In this document: in pieces, positions 24,327 through 37,494 of the stretch
How positions within the stretch are numbered: position 1 is the first letter of the stretch
How the letters are laid out: every line of letters starts with the position of its first letter
Assembly: GCA_964304625.1 (NCBI GenBank)
Contig: OZ199838.1
Span: 11,557,608 to 11,621,607, forward strand
Reading direction: 5' to 3'
Source: Kudoa neothunni
Taxonomy: Eukaryota; Animalia; Cnidaria
Length of the DNA stretch: 64,000 bases
Position numbers and translations under genes: made by a program
The notes under the pieces: generated by a model
What the model saw: only the letters and a program-made list of their open reading frames with translations
What the model was told of the DNA's origin: nothing
The model's database searches: none

Positions 24327-24412
24327 GGTAATATTAATAGAATTAAATGTGTATTTAATGCTATTTTTTAGTAAATTTTATATTCACACTGATGTATTAT
24401 GAATATTTATAG
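24327..24412 (+). other. Predicted [D1,2] twin intron (gene C, first)
   Basis: CAA G | G | gtaata...ttag (24328-24371, 44 nt) | taaat...atag. New donor GTAAAT and a 42-nt outer intron. Confidence 0.72.
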
Positions 24413-24493
24413 AAGAGCATAACATAAGGAGCGAATATACCAATATTGAGGTGTACGATGACGTTCAAAAATTAATTAGGAAAGTTGAAAGGG

Positions 24494-24580
24494 GGTGATC
24501 ATATCTTTATCACTTCTTATACTCACATTTGTTTTAGTATATTTTTATATTAAACCAATTAACACCAAAGAAACATGTAG
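24494..24580 (+). other. Predicted [D1,2] twin intron (gene C, second)
   Basis: AGG G | G | gtgatc...ttag (24495-24537, 43 nt) | tatat...gtag. New donor GTATAT and a 44-nt outer intron. Confidence 0.72.
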
Positions 24581-26492
24581 ATAGCAAAGAAAATCATGAC
24601 GAAAAAGTTGCAAGAAATGTTGCTTCGTAAATTTAAATAAATATTTCTCATTGTTAATTCTTTTTAGATCGGTTGGAAGATATATGTAAAGTAGAATTCG
24701 ATGCTTTGTGATTTATTTATTTTAGTGCATACGCAATGATTCCAATTGTGGCTGGATTACTGGTAGTGCTAGGATTGATAGTTTACAGAAGAAACTCCAG
24801 CGACGATACCTACGAGTTGTAAGCACATCGACCTAACCGTAGATTAATTTATTATTATTATTATTCAAAAGATATGTTATTATTTATTATTTTTTTATTT
24901 GATTTGGTTACTATATATTTTATCATGCCAGTGCAATCTATTTCATGAGATGTACGCAACAATAATGACGAGAAATCTTCATCAAATCATTTCACGTTGA
25001 ATTCATTTTTATACCGTCGCGACGGTTATTTGAATATGTTCAGGGAAATTTTATTCATTAATTAACCATATCTGATATACCTATTTATATTTAAACATCA
25101 AATTAAAGTTCCATATGTTTGACAATTTTCATTTGAATGATTAATGAATGAATAATATGTGCAATTGGATTTATTTAGATTTTTATGAATAACATATATG
25201 TTTTAAATAATATTTATAATTTATAGATTTTTAGGATTTTAGGATTTTATTGTGGTCAGTGGCTATTAACATATTAGCGTATAATCTAATGTTGTCGGGG
25301 CTGTTTATTGCCACGAAAACGAATTTCTCCTAATTCTGATGATGTTCAGACTTATAATTTTAGTTATTATTTTTCCATACTAATTTCTAATAAATTTTAA
25401 ATTTTCGCGTTAAAATATACGATATAGATTTTACGATAAAAATCAACCTTCTTTGCCGGCTTTACGACAATTAGTGGCTAAAAATCTAAAGTATAGGTTT
25501 ATTTATACTTACAAAGCGATTTTTGAAATAATTTCTGTTGTTATATTATCTTAATTAAGTATTTTCAGGCAGTTTTGAGTCCTATTTTGATGATCTATCC
25601 TCAAATCGACCCAACTAAATCAGATCCATTGTAAGTACACAGCCTATATATACAATTCATACTATTTAAAAGATATTTAATATCTCAATTTTTAGTTTAA
25701 CTTTCTGAGAATGCCAAACAGCCTATATACCAAACGTTTTTTGGGTCCAATAGATCCCAAGTGGATTTAATTTCACCTAAACTCCTAGCTGGAGTCATCA
25801 TTTGCGTTTAAATTTTTGTATTTACATATTGTCTATTTAACTGTTTTTCGACAATAGGTGGATTTAAAAAATCTTTTACCCGTGAACATGGCAGTTCAAA
25901 TCTGTTAGGCATGGAGTTATGTAGCAGCAGCTTTTATGATAATTTATTGGTAGGTAAAAACGTGAAGAATCCAATTCCGAATATTTAAAATAAAAATTAA
26001 GATGATTTATATGACATATGGCTCAAAACGAAAAATTTTTACGTTCAAGGATGAGAGGCTTTGTGGTAAAAATTTCGGATGGTCTGTTTACTCCGTAAAA
26101 TTATTTTATAAAAAGAGCAAATAGGATATTAACAATAATAAATACAAAACCGATATTTCTGATAATGTTTTACAGAAAATGACACTTTAAGATAATTTTA
26201 CACGGAAAAATTATTATAATTAAACATTATAATTAGCTATACAAATAATTCCTGTAAAATAACTTTAAATTTTAAAATTCCGTTATTTTATTAAATTCAA
26301 TGTATCATGGGCCAATAATAAAGTTACAATACCAAAAAACTCCCAGAAATTATTCCATTCTACAGATGGAGGAATGGATACAGTTAGTTGAATTTTTGTT
26401 AATTATTTACTTATCGAACAATGAAAAGATGATCGGCCGCTACGTTCCACATTTTGTTAGATATAATGTCAATAAATGCACATGTGTTATAC

Positions 26493-27037
26493 CAGGGGTC
26501 GGGAACCTTTTCTTGGTGATAGAGCTACAAAGGCCACATATTATTCAAACCTAATTCCATGAGAGCCATACAACATATTTAAAACTAAAAATAGAGATAC
26601 TTGCGCGCGTTTTATATATTTCCAACACTTTAATGTAAAGCAAGTCATTAAATTCTTTTTAATAGCATTTTTACACTATTGCCAATCAATGAAGAATATT
26701 TCACATTATCAATGCGATTTCGGGTTCTGCATGGTTTTGCAGATGGCTTTGTAGTCTGGTCGATACGTGGTAAAATTAGGCTTCATTCCAACGTTGAAAC
26801 TTCCATCCGTTAAACGTGACCGTAATTAGGTCTTAATGTCTTTTAAATGTAGAATGGCTGCTCACATACATACATAGAGGCTAACATTGTCATCACAGCA
26901 ATACTCCCACGCTGCATTGTATGATACAGTAAGTAACTGACTTTCCGTAGTAATCGTTTCGAATATGCACAAAGGATTTAGCGAAACGGTTTTTTAAATT
27001 GAATATTTCTCTGCGATCCATAGGTTCCCGATCCCTG
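26493..27037 (-). mobile_element. hAT (Buster/Charlie-like) internal-deletion derivative
   Basis: TIRs CAGGGGTCGGGAACCT and AGGTTCCCGATCCCTG, with flanking 8-mers that have a central TA (5/8 identical). The minus strand at ~26715-26925 encodes a frameshifted hAT dimerisation-region peptide (MQRGSIAVMTMLASMYVCEQPF...RSRLTDGS...YKAICKTMQNPKSH). Confidence 0.85.
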
Positions 27038-28662
27038 AATTAAACCATTTATTGGCTCATTAATAAATATAAATTCATTTATATAACGATAGTAAGGTTT
27101 TTCTAGTTTTCATTTTATCTTTAGAGAAACTCCCCCCCCCCCCCCCCATTTTAATCTGCGGTTCTCTTTGTTTTAAAATATCTGATTTTCGATTCATAAC
27201 AGAAGGTTAATCACATAGACCTGGATCTTGGCTTTCAAAGATTTGTCTGAGTTCTTAAAGCATTGTTAATATTATAGGTTGACAGTTTGACGATTAATTT
27301 GTTCCTTTTGACACGTGTCATCAGAGATATTGGCGCGTGGACCGCTATTAAATTAAACCACTCAAAATCTGTCCTTCATTCACATTTTCGTTTGTTAGAA
27401 AGGTCGCAGCTGGAAAGTTTTTATTCTGTCCCAAAGATTCTACCGAGGGTTGAATTTTCCTTATATTTAAAATGTATTTTTTACCAAAACATAATTATTC
27501 TATTACTAAGATCAAATTTCTAAGCTGTTAATTTTTGGACTCCTCATCGATTTAATTGGATTATTACAACTGATAATATTAAATTTCTCGTCAACATTCC
27601 TCTGTATCCTTGGCATGGTCAAATTTACTATGAAATGTCGAATCAAAAGGGGGTTTCCGGACCCTTGAATTTCTAAGCAATACAATATTAATTTTTTTAT
27701 TCATAAATATTTTTACACATATTTTACTAAATAATAATGTAATTATTACTTAGTAGTATCTAAATTTATAATCATTCAAAAAATTAACGAGATATTGGGC
27801 TACTATGCAATACTGAGTAACGTAATTTAGATGCACAACTGTATGTCGAAATTATAATTTTTGTAGCTCAGCCACTACATGTGAATTCAAGGGACGTGTA
27901 ATATTTTCTTTTTAAAATTCATTAGAATGCAAGATAAATACAGAAATTCTTGCTTTCTATCAAGATAATGCAAGTGTCTCAATATTACACACATCTCTCA
28001 TCGACTTTTACAAAAATAGGTTTGAATGTTGAAATTCGTTCTTAAATGTGGATAAAGTTGATATTACCACCAACCTCATGGAAAGTAATCTCATATATAT
28101 AGAAGGATACTAACTTTTCTTAATGCTATTCCCTTGTTCGCCAGAATATGAAGAAATTTGTTCAAAAATTATAACAACCAGAAATTGACGCTCTTTAATT
28201 GCAAAACGTTGAATCCGGTTGTAAACTTTTTCACATAGTATTTTAAAACCATTACTCGAAAATAATCGCTAAAGATTGCCGTATAGTTTTTATTAAAGGC
28301 AAAAATTCTCAGTTATGTTATGACATTGAGTGTAATGTTGAAAATAAAGTAAGTTTGATGTGACGTCGAGTGTCAGTGATTTCTTGTATTTTTTTGCTAA
28401 AATTCATAATATATACAATTGTGAATTTTTTAAGTTTGATGTCTAGAAAATGTTTTATCTAATTTTTAGGTATTAAGAAGCGAATAACATTAAATAATTT
28501 CAACAAAAAATAATAACTATAAGGTAAATATTCTTGGATGATGAAAAATTTCGCTATATGCAGCTTATTCCATATTTATAATTTATAAATTTAATTAAAA
28601 AATAATAGTTTTTAGTTTTATATTTTTTGAAGAGATCAATTAAAAAAATTAATTTTTTATGG

Positions 28663-28901
28663 CAGTATTTCCTAACTTTTTTCTTCAATGACCGCAGACT
28701 GGCCGTGTTAAATGAATACGAACCCCTAAGTATATATATCGTCGGCGAATACTTTTGTCTATGGTATTTCTCCAGAATTATTTTTTTAAATTTCGCCTTT
28801 TTTGTATCCAGGAATTTACAAAAGATTAATTTTATTAAGAATAAAAGCTTTCTCGCGGATCTCCCGAAATTATTGCGCGGACCCCATGTTAGGAAACATC
28901 G
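28663..28901. mobile_element. Degenerate hAT-type MITE
   Basis: CAGTATTTCCTAAC (28663) pairs with GTTAGGAAACATCG (ending 28901), and there are subterminal GGGGTCCGCG-type motifs. Confidence 0.55.
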
Positions 28902-29609
28902 ATCCAAGGTATCAAATAATTCAATTATTTACGAACGATAATCTTTTTCAACGTAATGTTTTATATATTTGCTTCATATTATTATTAGCATGTTTAATTC
29001 ATCTCTTTGTAATAGAAAATATGAATAATTTCCTAATATTATTCTTAAATCACGTCAAAGCGCTATCTATATAGGATCGTTTGGAATATTTGGTTCTTTT
29101 ATATTGAATTTTTGGATAGTCCTTTTTTCGTGACAATTATTCATAATGAAAAATTTAACAATTATAAAATTATAAAAAGTATATATAATTACTAAAAACT
29201 CAATATGCAAAGTAATCAATATAATTACAAGTGATGCATGACTGTATTCGGGAAATTTTAACAGTTTATTTTTGTTTATTATTAATAAATTTTATAATTT
29301 CAATTAAATTTGTTTATATATAAAGATATTTTTACTAACAACTTAAAAGTTGCTCACCAAATTTAATTTAGCCATTGATTAACAAAGTTGATTTTCATCA
29401 AATTTATTAACACAGCCAATCGTTTCGTGAGAGTTTAAATGTTATTATATTCTTGAATACAAAAATATCTTTCCGTTCTATATTTCTCTCAAACTTAATA
29501 TGATTTTAATTTAATTGATCCGATTTTGATATTAACATTGGCGATTGTGGTCGGGTTCGTGAACGACAAGTGGAAAAATCATTTTTTTCACACGTTAATC
29601 GGCCAGTCT

Positions 29610-31678
29610 ATGAACAAACTTAATTCAGCTGATGATCACTATAGAAACGATCAGAAAAGTTTCTTTTTTGAATACGAAGTCAAGATAGCAGATCAAACGA
29701 CAAAAATCTATGAAAATGTTTGTATTCGTAGCAACCACACTACAACCAATGAAATAGTGTATGGGATAATCAGAAAATATGGTTTATTATGGCATCATTT
29801 TGATGGTAATTGATGGAAATTTTTATCAACATGTTGATTACGCCGTCATTATTATTAGAAATATCCAAAGCGTTGATGGAATCGATAAAACTCCAAGAAA
29901 AAGCTTACCAACAAAATCTTTATACTGAAACTATGGAGAATTTTCTCAGCAAATCAACCAAGACTTTACTAATAGAAAAATATAAACAACATCACGTTGA
30001 CTTTATTGACAGCGAGCTGACAAATGCAAACACAAAGCCATTTGACCGTAGTGTTAAATTTTCCGAAACCTACACCCAACTTCTGGACTCAAACACCCAC
30101 AATATTATGAACCGTTTAGAAGCAAGCTACGCGTTATATTTGGATAATAATCGACAAAAATATAAAACCGAAATCAATTCAATAAATGAAAAGTTTTTTG
30201 TTCAGGTGCATTCGATTATGTATTGAATTTGGATAGAATAAAAGATGCGCATCTAAAACAACTACCAATAGTTGATATTCTGAGGAAAGAAAAAACTGTA
30301 TTTGTTTTGTGTATATTCATATCATACCTATATTTAATTGGTTTGTTGTAGAATCTTACAACCGCTTATAAACAACAAATAAATTCATTGAAAGAAACTC
30401 AAAAGCGAGAATACACCAAATGGATACTGGATACACATAGTGCAATGAAATCTAGCGAGAAAATGACTTTCAATGATATCCCATTGATTGATGAGAACTT
30501 GAATAATCCAAACGGTCCATTCACGGATAACGTTATTCAACCATATGAGAGTTTTACTGTCTATTTGGGTAGGGAAAATTTGTTTGCATTAATCATGGAG
30601 CTTTCTCTCTCCACACATTAAACTTTGCACGATTTAATATGTATAATAGGTCATCAGCATAAAACCACTTTCAATATATGTGTGGTCGCTTGTAACTTTG
30701 ATAATTATTATTCTGCTTTTGACCACAGGTATGCTTAACTTTACTAATATTTCTATGACTTTTAATAATGCCAATTTGCTCATTTTTTAATGCAAAATAT
30801 TAATTCTCTTGATTAATATTTTCAAAAAATGGATAAATTCATATTTTATCAGATCATTTGAGTCACTTATCCACAACTATAATCTTTACACCTCCAACGC
30901 TACTGCATCGATCATTATAGTCGACAACCTAATCCCCTCTAAATATGGCTATAGTCAGCGTAAGAAGATACGTTTTATAGAATTCATTTTAAAATATTTA
31001 GTATTCAATTCGGAGGTATCAAAATTAACCGAATTTCACTTCGAACAACCTACCGAACAAATAGCATCCATTAAAAACTACGTGGAAGCCAACACCAATG
31101 GTCTCAAAGAAGGTATTATTGTTTTATTAAGTCAAAAATTAAGCTCTTTATTTGCTTATTGCCAATAATAATCAAACTTAGGAGATGTTTATATAACCAA
31201 ACATTCTACCCTACTAAATCTACATATAAATTTCCATGTGGTTGTAAATCCATGCCAACTCTTTGAGGCTCCTATCTCATCAGCATCCCCCACAATGTTA
31301 GCTATCAGTAATGTACTTTCGTACTGTCTCAAATATGGATGTGGCACTATTGATATACCTCTGTTGTTAACATCGGTAAATGTTACCAAGGTACACTCAA
31401 ACCTCAACTACTTCCGACTATAACTATACTGTAGGATAATTTCGACGAGAGTAAATATATGAGAAGATGCGAGTCATTTCTCAAATGCATCAAAGGTTTT
31501 CTTATACAGAGTTGTATTTGGGAAAATGAGACATCGAAGCCGACAATTCGACTTCTAATTCCTAAGGTACAATGTTTTAACGGCTGGATCGAAAATAATT
31601 GTTTAATTTCAGGATCTAAACAATAACTTTATTGAATCCATTGTCCATATGATTCCAACTATTTATACAGTGAAATGA
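29610..31678 (+). CDS. FERRY3: FERRY complex subunit 3 / C12orf4 (DUF2362) homologue, ~10 exons
   Basis: The spliced protein contains QKREYTKWI, ESFTVYLGHQHKTTFNI, EFHFEQ..EQI, GDVYITKHSTL...FHVV, IDIPLLL and RRCESFLKCIKGFL, in the same order as C12orf4 motifs. All introns are GT-AG; stop TGA at 31676-78. Confidence 0.85.
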
Positions 31679-31753
31679 TTAGAAATTTATTGTTTGTTTT
31701 TAATAGAACCTCATAAATATAAACCAAAAAATGTATAAACAGAACAAAACGAG

Positions 31754-34700
31754 TTAATAAGTAGCAGGATTTTGGGCTGATTTAAATGGCAGCTGTGTAA
31801 ATCTACATGTTTCAATCTCTTCTTCGTCGATTTTGGGAACATTCTGAAATAGAGCTGCTCTGTTTTGATGTTGAACGTTGCTTCTACGGATCCAATGATC
31901 ATACAATTGAAAAGCACAGGTGTCCATAATGTGACGAAAAAATTTCAGCTGATATGGATTGCATTTGATCTCAGACAGAGTTATACGCTGTCTTTTGGTC
32001 AGTACAACTTTGTAGACATATTTAAAGGATAATAGCGCCAACACAACACTCTAAACAATAAAATTTAGAAACAATAAGTCGAATATAAATTTTTTCTTGA
32101 GCAATGTATGATCTAATCATTAAAAAATTTCACATGCATACTTTCAACGTGAATCTTTTAATTTTTGGCTCGAAAACATCAATCTACCAAAAACATAATA
32201 TTCAAAGTCTAATTCTGATAACAACGGTTCATTATATAATTACAATAGCTCCACTTATCCAGGGATGCGCAAGAGCTTGTTCAATAGTCAATCGGTTGTT
32301 TGGATCAGTCACCAATAATTGAGATATCTGATTTAAACGAGCAAATGTTACTCAGCATCACACAATAAAATATGATTATACCAAATCTTTTGCTCCACTA
32401 GATATATCGGCCCAATCAGTTGACTCCATGTTGTATTTTCCATCCATTATATTCCATAACATTACTGATTGTTTCCGATGCCAGAATGGGGAAAATCCCG
32501 CCAACCTACCAACACAAATTAAATATTGGACACTTACTCTAACCAAATCTCTCTTCTCATAGAATTGGTAAATCAACTCGATTAATCAGAAAAATCATTA
32601 CATTATAAATAGTATCACTCCACATGCCCATCTACTCAAAATTTATTAACACAACAAAATGAAGAACTTGTGAATTACAAATCTACAGGTTTTCCATAGC
32701 CAGGTAGTTTATCATCCATAGAGCATTTTAATACCTCTGGTGCCAAATAATCAGGAGTACCACACAAATCTAAAGCAGAAACAGTAGATTCAATAGTTTT
32801 TTAATCGGGTGATATTTAAAATAACCCCTTAAAAGTTGACCGTCTTTGAGTTGAACTGAAAATCCAAAATCTGATATGTAAAGCCACGACTGGTCACCAA
32901 GCAAAATATTTTCAGGCTAAATAATTATAATTTGTCGTACAAATTAGAAAATAATACTAATTCTTCTCGGTGAAGTTAAAACATTATGAAAACTGGTTTA
33001 TCACATGAGTTATTAAACTGAAACACAAATTTATTATAATTTCACAGTAACAATAGCAATGATTTAAGTATAACATTTTCATTGGTTTAAGTACATCCAT
33101 TTTTAGGAGTATAAAATTTTTTAGCGAAGGAAGCGATGAGAAAAGTCCGCAAGTAGATTATTTAGATTTAGCCACATCGTGAACCTTCAACGGGATTTTT
33201 TATTAAAAGCTGGTTTTTTACCTACTTATATAACTTATATTTTCATTCGAAATAAATTAAAATAAGTTTTTATTATTATTATTAATTATTATGATTTAAT
33301 TGGTTATATATCAGGGTATTGTGATGAAAAATAATAGAAAAAACTAAGTAATAAAATTATCCCTTTAAATGCTTAGAATGTAAGTAGAGTGCTGCGTTTA
33401 TAACGGATGTAATCAGAAATTGTGATCAGATATGGGTTAATCAAACAAATTCAGTAGATAAAATGATCAGAAACATTTAGTTGGTTATTAAAAATCCTCC
33501 AAGAATGATTTTGGTGGAGTTTAAGAATACAAGAGAAAAAAAGACCTCATAAAATTAAAAAAATGTTATTATTTTCAGATAGGAACAATTGATTATTAAA
33601 AATTTAACCTTAATTAAAGCTTCGTGATAAGAGGTGAAAAAATTCATTATGGCTCAAAGAATTAATTATTTGTAAAATTTATCTGACGTTTCTAACATCT
33701 CTAAGTCTGTTGAAATAAATTTTTTAGGTTATTTTGGAAATTCCCTCGAAACGCATGAGAAAATAACAATGAATTAATTCAATTAGTCAAAATCCTAATT
33801 TATAAATATTTTTCGAATTTAATTCAAATAGTAGAACAACAAAATAAACATGGTAACATCCTTGGTTACTTTTTGATAGATATTATAAAAATAAGTAATA
33901 AGAAATAATTTTTCTCCATATTTTTAGATAAAATAAGCGTGATAATACCGGGTTTCGCATCCAAAACCGGATTACACAAGCTTGTGGTTAATGGCGATCT
34001 TTTCTATTTATTTAATAGCGTTAGATAAACAAAGAGTAGTTTTCATGTATATGTACCAAATATGCATATTATTTTAATTCAATTACGGTTGATACCCGTA
34101 AGAGAAAAACAATGACCAAAGAATGTCTCCGAATCCTGAAAATAGTCTTTTAGATTATGTTCAGTCACCTTGATTGAAGCGTTTCTAATATCCCCTCAAA
34201 TAATCTCTTTTAGTAAATTAGTAGCCCTATATTTGTTAGTCAAATCACTCAATGTTGACCTCAGAATTCCTAAATCCTCGGAAACTTCTCTCTGGCCTTT
34301 TCCTTTGTTAACGACAAGATGGCAAGGGAGAGTTCTCTTATCTTCAGGATTACGCATTTTACTGGGCATCTTGAACGTCGTTTGATTTAGATCTAGTTTA
34401 AATTGCGACGAATCTGCTTTTAAGCTTTTAACGTTGAAAAAAATAGTTTAAATTATAACGAATCCGGTTTATATGCAAAAACCGGTAATAATCTTAGTTA
34501 AATTTTAATAAGTATAAAAACAATTATCTACTATATAGTTAGTTTAAAATTAGTTTATACAAATTAATTATTTATAAAAAATGATAAAAATAGTTTAATT
34601 AACAAATTAAAGAATATATATTCATAATGAAATTTTTATTTGATGAAGGAATAAATCATATTTTCGCGTTTTCCCCTTTAATCCTTATTTAAGATATTCA

Positions 34701-36342
34701 AAATATTTAAACTTTATTCTTGGAGTTAAACGTTAATTTTGAAATCCGTTCCATCATATATAGGATGTCAAATAGACTCTAATTATTTTACAGGAGATGA
34801 AAATCTCTTTTTTAAAGTCAGAAGTGCTGTCTTTAACTTCACCTACGCATACACAAATTTTTTTAAGATACATAATTTCTATTTATAGGCTACAAACACG
34901 GTTTATTTTTTAATGGTCTATTATATTTAATTATTTTATGTCTAACTATTACGTACAAAGCGAAAAGAAATCATTAAACACGGAAAAAATTCAAAAAGGA
35001 AATTAAAGTTGTATTGACCAATAGACACATCCTAATTTTCAAGTCTCCTAAGACTACCAACGGAAATTATAAAACAACTTCAAAAATCTAACAAAATATC
35101 GTTATAATCAGTTCCCCTATTCATTAATTTACGCTAAAGTTATGAATCGGAGCTAAATCGACATTTTATTTAAGAAATATTATTATAATAATTTGTTTGA
35201 ATTAATTTTAATATATTTTAGACTATTGAAAAATAATTTATAGAAGAGTGAACGCTGACCCATTGGACATGCGAAAAATTTGTTAATTTTAAACTTAATT
35301 ATTATATGTACAATTTAAAAAGAATTAAGCATAGCAGATTTAGAATTAATAATTTCTTTACAATCATATCCACAAACCAAACAAAATTAATATTATTTTT
35401 CTGGTACGCACGCATATGTATGAATTTATTTTTATCAACCGTTTAATTTTCGTAATGATTTAAAAGGTTATAACAATAAAAAATTCTATGACAACTTCCA
35501 TTTAAAGAAAAACAGTTAAGGGGTAAATAACAAAGTATAGTCGATAGTCTAGAGACAAAACAACATAAAAGAATTAAACTTGCGTAGATAATATTTATTC
35601 GATACGTTTAAAAATTCATAAATAAAATCTACCTTCAAATCACGGTGAACTACATTTTTTGAATGCATATATAGGACGGCCTTTAGAATTTGTATAAACA
35701 ACAACCTAATAATGTTCATTAGGTATGATGGTCATCAAATTCCACTAAAAAATAGTCTTACCTTGCTTGTTGTTCAGGTAGTGTAACCATTCGAGTGAGA
35801 AAATCAAATAATTCACCACTTGTTGCTCTATGACAGCGTAAATAGTTATATTGAACAATAAATAATCGCAAATTTACAAATTGAAAACCAAAAAAAAGTT
35901 AGACACCGTTTCATAATAATCTATCAACTTAACTACAATAAAATAATTTTAGATAAAAACTTAATTTTTTTTATACTTATATTTGGATGGTTTGATAGGA
36001 TCGAAAGTATGTCGATTTCCAATCTAACTAGTGCATCTTTCTCTTCGTCTCGGTCGATAATTTTTACAGCGTATTCTCGATGTGTGGTTTTACAAACACA
36101 TCGTCGAACCACCGACGATAACCCTCTATATCAATTTAGAAAATTGTAGCGTCGTCAATAGGAAATGAGATAAAATTGTCCGTGTTTTCAATAAACAAAT
36201 AAATATTTGTTTTTAATACGCTATTGTAACAATTCAATTACTCTCCTAGTGTAGCTCCTGGCTCGTATTTTTTGAAGAAGTCATCCTGTGTTTCGGTATC
36301 GCCTAAGGCGATATCTTCTGAAGCTAGACTCACAGTTGACAT
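31754..36342 (-). CDS. PHKG: Phosphorylase b kinase gamma catalytic subunit
   Basis: [33 protein letters not shown]|[37 protein letters not shown], and the diagnostic C-terminus AFQLYDHWI...QNRAALFQN. One ~2.7-kb intron (~35631-32917). Confidence 0.93.
33948..34485 (-). mobile_element. Tc1/IS630-like non-autonomous element inside the PHKG intron
   Basis: TA-flanked imperfect TIRs CCGGGTTTCGCATCCAAAACCGGATT and AATCCGGTTTATATGCAAAAACCGG. The minus strand encodes an HTH-like N-terminus (MPSK...[28 protein letters not shown]). Confidence 0.75.
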
Positions 36343-37494
36343 TCCTGAGAGGGCGATGACTTGTTGATATCGAATAAACCCGAATTGGAATTCGAAATTT
36401 TGTATCAAGTTTTTAACAGCGCTGAGCTCATATTAATTGTTTGAATTTTCTTAGTTAATTGTGTTATAGTTTATTCAATAATTTTATTTCTGTTAAACAA
36501 ATCATGGCTTATTATGAATTTTTTTAACATTTTCCAAATTCCATTTCAATAATGAAAATTGTGATTTTGGATCGATCAATAGAACCTAACAAATGCTACA
36601 GGCATATTCAACTTATTGTATCAATTATTATCGATTGTGCGCGCGTCATTCATTATCGTACTGTGATCTTCGTAATTATTTTTGTTAAATTACCTTGTTA
36701 ATTTAACGCGATATAATAAATTAACTTGAATTGTAAATTTCCTATAGCAAATAAATGTAAACTATAAAATATTTTACTTAACGGACAATTCCGTGATGCG
36801 TCGGATAAATACCCGATAGCAGTTTAATTTTTAAATTATTCAAATAAATAATTTATATCCCTATTTTCATGGGTAATGATAAATCTGAGATTTTTTATGG
36901 TTTTATTGCGCCATCTCCTTTATAGATAATTGATCGTTAAGTAATCGGATTAGGTTATTTTATTGGTGTGGCTACGAGATAGATTTAAAAGTAGACTTAC
37001 TTTGAAAACTTGCATCGTTAAAATATTATTTACAACAAAATCAATTTTTTTAAGGAACGAATTCTCGCATTCCTTACAACAGCGTTTGAAATTCAGGTAG
37101 TTTCTGACGAAATTACCGATTTACATATCTAATTATGACTAGATTAATAATAAATTTTAACGTCTGTAAATTACAACTTTTGGAAATGAATGGTGTTTAG
37201 CAGCACTAATGATATTACTAAGAATTTATTCATTCATTGTGCTAGAGAATGTTTGATTATTTGGGTATATCGATAACTAATCTGGTACAGTATACCTTGC
37301 ATTTTAGTGTCTAATAATACACACTTATTTACATTGAGCGTTATTGAGATTAATAATCATAAAGTTTAATTGAATGTCGCTATATTCTTGTCTATATATT
37401 CCATATAATGATATTCGAATAGAAATCTATTCAATAAAATAAAATAATTAACGTTGGTTATTCTCATGGACCCATTTAATCCCCTCTCGGGACT

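Larger units (their letters stand above)
18526..24822 (+). pseudogene. Gene C: pseudogenised inverted paralogue of gene B
   Basis: Exon-by-exon similarity to B (SGYNIENSHRK, ITGLTTLDSPEV, PSEICTFEWIDAT, GPYNDEMC, TM then TYEL*). Lesions: TAA 18886-88, TAG 19424-26, TAG 20297-99, frameshifts near 21420 and 22400, loss of the GT donor near 23255, and a signal exon that appears out of frame. The start position is uncertain. Confidence 0.85.

Noticed and set aside
27132-27147. Poly-C run (16 nt) as a functional G-quadruplex
   Set aside because: An isolated homopolymer among TE debris with no supporting context.
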